The position numbers and the translations under genes were made by a program. From assembly GCA_040289885.1 (NCBI GenBank), contig PSLZ01000004.1:54094-118093 (forward strand): a DNA stretch of 64,000 bases. Direction: 5' to 3'. This document shows positions 61,006-64,000 of the stretch, one piece after another (position 1 is the stretch's first letter; every line of letters begins with the position of its first letter). The notes under the pieces are model-generated. The model worked only from the letters and a program-made list of their open reading frames with translations. It made no database searches and was not told the DNA's origin. This DNA comes from Armatimonadota bacterium (GTDB lineage: Bacteria; Armatimonadota; HRBIN16).

Positions 61006-61572
61006 ATGCAAAGTTCCCGAGAGAGCACCGAAGTCCGCTGGCTACGCGCGCAGTGGGCACGCTATTATCTCCTGCGAAGATGCTATCTGTGGGCGGCACG
61101 GGGCATCCGCACGTTCGTGATCTGGATACGGGAAGGGGCTTCTGTGGTAGCACATTGGGTTCTGGAACGCTCCGATCCCCTGGCGCAGTACCGGCGTCAG
61201 CGCGAGCAGTTCCTGGCATTCTACGAGCGTTATGAGCAGTTGATAGATGTGCTCTGCTGGGCGGCGCGCGACACGGTGCACGACGGTTGCGATGAGCAGT
61301 ACCAGCAGGTGCGCACCTGGCTCCTACAGCACTATGCGCCGGTGCGTCGGGCACTGGCTCCCTTTATCCAGCAGGTACTCTCGGAACAGCAAGGCAACAT
61401 GCAGGAGGACCCCTTTGCCAAGCTGTTCGCGCCCGCGCACGTGATGCAGGTCATCGAGCAGGATGAGGGCGACCTGTTGGGCAGAATCATCCTGACGCGC
61501 GATATCGTAGCGCGTTACGACACCCACCTGCGCACGCAACTCGAAAAACACAGCCAGCGAGGGACACACTGA
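61006..61572 (+). CDS. hypothetical protein
   Basis: GGAGG SD, consistent codon usage and no recognisable motif. Confidence 0.4.
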   Translation: MQSSRESTEVRWLRAQWARYYLLRRCYLWAARGIRTFVIWIREGASVVAHWVLERSDPLAQYRRQREQFLAFYERYEQLIDVLCWAARDTVHDGCDEQYQQVRTWLLQHYAPVRRALAPFIQQVLSEQQGNMQEDPFAKLFAPAHVMQVIEQDEGDLLGRIILTRDIVARYDTHLRTQLEKHSQRGTH

Positions 61573-61574
61573 CT

Positions 61575-62552
61575 GTGAAAATCCGTCACTTTCACGCGGA
61601 CGACCAGCCAGCCGTTCTGTCGCTGTGGAACCGCTGTATGGGCGATTCTTTTCCGCTGGATGCCCTCCTCTTTGAGCAGAACGTGCTGAAAGATGTGCAC
61701 TTTGACCCCTCTGCGGTGTGGGTGGTAGAAGATGAGCGGGGCGAACTGCTGGCATACGTGCACGCGAAAGTGTGCAAGGAACCACTTGGCTCAGCGGGCA
61801 CGCTCCCCGAACAGGGTTGGGTCGGAGCGTTGGCTTTTGAACCGAACGAGCAGGGCGAGCAGTCTGCACGCGCGGTGCTCCAAACCGCTCTACAATGGCT
61901 GAAGGCGCAGGGCAGAAAACGGGTGAGCTACGGCTCGGACCCCGCGCACTTTTTCCCCGGCGTGCCCGCCGAGCAAGCGCTTCACCAGCAGATCCTGCGG
62001 GAAGCGGGGTTCACTATCAGCGACCATGTAGCAGTAGACCTGATACGTGATCTGGCGGACTACCGCGTACCCGAGGAGGTGGAATCCAATCTCCGCCACC
62101 TACGTGAGCAGTACACCATCCACTCGTGTACGCCTCAGGACGTGCCCGCTCTGCTTCGCTTCCTCCAGCAAGAGTTTCCGGGCCGGTGGTATTACGAGAC
62201 CGTCAAACGGCTGGAGGTCGAGGAGACGCCGCGTGACATCCTCATCTTGACACACGGCGAGGAGGTGGTCGGCTTCTGCCACACCTTTCATCGCGGCTCC
62301 AGGCGCATTGGTCCCTCCATCTACTGGCGCAAACTGCTGGGCGAAGCGTACGGTGGCTTGGGTCCAATCGGTCTTGCCGCCAGCACCCGCGGCAAAGGGC
62401 TTGGACTGGCGTTGCTGTGCAAAGGCGTGGAGTACGTCAAAGCGCAGGGCGCCACGCGCATGGCTATCGACTGGACGAACCTGGTGGACTTTTACGGCAA
62501 GATTGGCTTCCGCGTGTGGAAGCGGTATCACCCTGCGTCCGTCACGTTATAG
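61575..62552 (+). CDS. GNAT-family N-acetyltransferase (two acetyltransferase-like halves)
   Basis: The second half carries RGKGLGLALLCKGVEYVKAQG (acetyl-CoA pyrophosphate loop). The GTG start lies 3 nt after the upstream stop. Confidence 0.65.
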   Translation: MKIRHFHADDQPAVLSLWNRCMGDSFPLDALLFEQNVLKDVHFDPSAVWVVEDERGELLAYVHAKVCKEPLGSAGTLPEQGWVGALAFEPNEQGEQSARAVLQTALQWLKAQGRKRVSYGSDPAHFFPGVPAEQALHQQILREAGFTISDHVAVDLIRDLADYRVPEEVESNLRHLREQYTIHSCTPQDVPALLRFLQQEFPGRWYYETVKRLEVEETPRDILILTHGEEVVGFCHTFHRGSRRIGPSIYWRKLLGEAYGGLGPIGLAASTRGKGLGLALLCKGVEYVKAQGATRMAIDWTNLVDFYGKIGFRVWKRYHPASVTL

Positions 62553-62560
62553 ACTGAGCT

Positions 62561-62611
62561 GTTCCCTCACCTCCCTCCTCCCCGCGGGCGGGGAGGAGGG
62601 GTTCGGCTCGG
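62561..62611 (-). repeat. REP-like GC hairpin element, copy 3 (inverted)
   Basis: The reverse complement reads CCGAGCCGAACCCCTCCTCCCCGCCCGCGGGGAGGAGGGAGGTGAGGGAAC. Confidence 0.75.
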
Positions 62612-62635
62612 AGTCTGCCTTGACATCCGGCGTCG

Positions 62636-63454
62636 CTAGCTCATGATGCGCATATCGATAACCGCCGTCAGCCCCACGCCGTTGACCCGGCGAAGCTTCA
62701 GCGGGTTGAGGTCATCGGTAGGGATCAGGATCTTTACGCGGAACATGCCGTTCGAGAACAGGTCCTCGTACTGCCAGACGCCAGCTACCTTGTCCACATC
62801 CGTCGAGGCGCCCGAAACCTGCGCGCCGCCGATGTAGGCGTTCTCGCCCAGCGTTGCCATTGGGATGACCTTTGTGAACTCCTCCGCGCCCTTGCGCAGG
62901 CTCAGCTTGTTGATCAACTCGTTCAATTGGTTTCCGGCGTTCTTGACCGCAACCGCAACGGCGGTCGCCGCCAGCACCTCCTTGCCCCCCAGCCCTTTCG
63001 GGTGAGTGACCTTAAAGCCGCCTTCCAACGCCACGTCAATCAGCGCGGAGATGCCGACCTTCTCTACCCGGCGCAGACCGGTCAGGCTGTCACTTGGCAC
63101 CAGCACCTTGATGCGGAACCGGTCCAGCGACTCCTCTATCTGAAACACCGCCTGTACCTTGTTGACCGCCTTTTTGGGACCCATCACCTGCGCCGCGCCC
63201 ACATAGCCCTTATCGCCGAGGCTGAGGATGGGCACGACCTTAGTCGCCTGATTGAGGGGCACATTGTGGCGGATGGTGAGCTCGTTGATGAACTTGTCCA
63301 GCGCCTTGGCGTTCTGTTTGACCAGATACCCGATGCCCACCAGTTTCACGCCTCCGCGCAGGATCTTGCCCCAGTCCTGCGCCCAGCTCCACCCACAGAG
63401 GCAGACAGTCCACAAAAACACCATCCCTGTCGCAAGCCATATCGCACGTTTCAT
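62636..63454 (-). CDS. secreted protein built from an internal tandem duplication (~100 aa x2)
   Basis: Signal peptide MKRAIWLATGMVFLWTVCLCGWSWA. Repeat units are LGDKGYVGAAQVMG...FRIKVLVPSD...VGISALIDV and LGENAYIGGAQVSG...FRVKILIPTD...VGLTAVIDM. Confidence 0.5.
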   Translation of the reverse strand: MKRAIWLATGMVFLWTVCLCGWSWAQDWGKILRGGVKLVGIGYLVKQNAKALDKFINELTIRHNVPLNQATKVVPILSLGDKGYVGAAQVMGPKKAVNKVQAVFQIEESLDRFRIKVLVPSDSLTGLRRVEKVGISALIDVALEGGFKVTHPKGLGGKEVLAATAVAVAVKNAGNQLNELINKLSLRKGAEEFTKVIPMATLGENAYIGGAQVSGASTDVDKVAGVWQYEDLFSNGMFRVKILIPTDDLNPLKLRRVNGVGLTAVIDMRIMS

Positions 63455-63474
63455 CGGGGTACCTCCTGTCAGAT

Positions 63475-64000
63475 TCAGATTTGGCTCCCCAGTGCATGTT
63501 TCACGAGAGTGGGTATCTCGTAGAGCGCGTCCGCCACAGGTACACCCGCAGAACGCAGGGCATCTACTTTCGCCTGTGGAGTGCCAGTGCGCCCCGAGAT
63601 AATCGCTCCCGCATGCCCCATCCGCTTGCCGGGCGGTGCCGTGCGCCCCGAGATGAAGCCAATCACCGGCTTGTGCATGGTGCGAATGTACTCCGCCGCA
63701 ATCTCCTCATCCGAGCCGCCGATTTCACCCACCAGCACCACCGCTTGCGTGTCGGGGTCCTCCTCGAACAGCGGGAGCAGGTCCACAAACGTGCTTCCCA
63801 GCACCGGGTCGCCGCCTATTCCAATACAAGTAGACTGTCCCAGCCCCGCTTTCGTTAGCAGGTCGACGATCTCGTAGGTCAACGTGCCACTGCGCGACAC
63901 CAGTCCGACCGGTCCGGGCGTGAAGATGCCCCCCGGCAGGATACCGATTTTGCACTGCCCGGCGGTGATGATGCCCGGGCAGTTGGCACCAATCAGGCGC
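63475..64000 (-). CDS. sucD: succinate--CoA ligase subunit alpha, N-terminus outside window
   Basis: [15 protein letters not shown] and GHAGAIISG. The frame stays open to the window edge. Confidence 0.9.
   Translation of the reverse strand, partial: RLIGANCPGIITAGQCKIGILPGGIFTPGPVGLVSRSGTLTYEIVDLLTKAGLGQSTCIGIGGDPVLGSTFVDLLPLFEEDPDTQAVVLVGEIGGSDEEIAAEYIRTMHKPVIGFISGRTAPPGKRMGHAGAIISGRTGTPQAKVDALRSAGVPVADALYEIPTLVKHALGSQI

Overview
High-GC bacterial chromosomal segment, densely coded on both strands, with about 60 protein genes, 2 tRNAs and 1 riboswitch. Taxonomy cannot be established from sequence alone. A DUF1559-type pseudopilin, a PEP-CTERM protein and DUF4838 paralogs fit an Armatimonadota/PVC-like lineage (inference). 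Clear housekeeping genes: cdsA, tpiA, purL, hisF, miaB, rfbB, ispH, sdhCAB, gmhB, sucD (partial), tRNA-His and tRNA-Arg. Glycan-use genes: rhamnulokinase, a GH78 rhamnosidase, two DUF4838 paralogs, a GH144-like protein, a UxaE-like epimerase and a LacI regulator. c-di-GMP parts: GGDEF, two PilZ and HD-GYP. Most notable observations: (1) a 12-14 nt operator-like motif in four copies around a LacI gene, linking two paralogous surface proteins of unknown fold, a pseudopilin and a GH144-like gene into one candidate regulon. (2) An intact Mn2+ (yybP-ykoY) riboswitch in front of a terC gene with an internal deletion, plus a second metal exporter (CDF) broken the same way. (3) An orphan Rhs C-terminal toxin tip with a coupled immunity-like gene. 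(4) An ECF-sigma-led operon with a caspase/CHAT-like protein, riddled with frameshifts. (5) A consensus promoter, about 200 nt of non-coding sequence and a terminator in front of an HNH gene. (6) A REP-like GC hairpin family. No transposase, integrase, CRISPR array or rRNA was seen. Many long ORFs in the track are GC-driven antisense or 5'-extended artefacts, so starts were trimmed to ATG/GTG codons with a Shine-Dalgarno. All family names come from motif recognition by eye; no database search was run.
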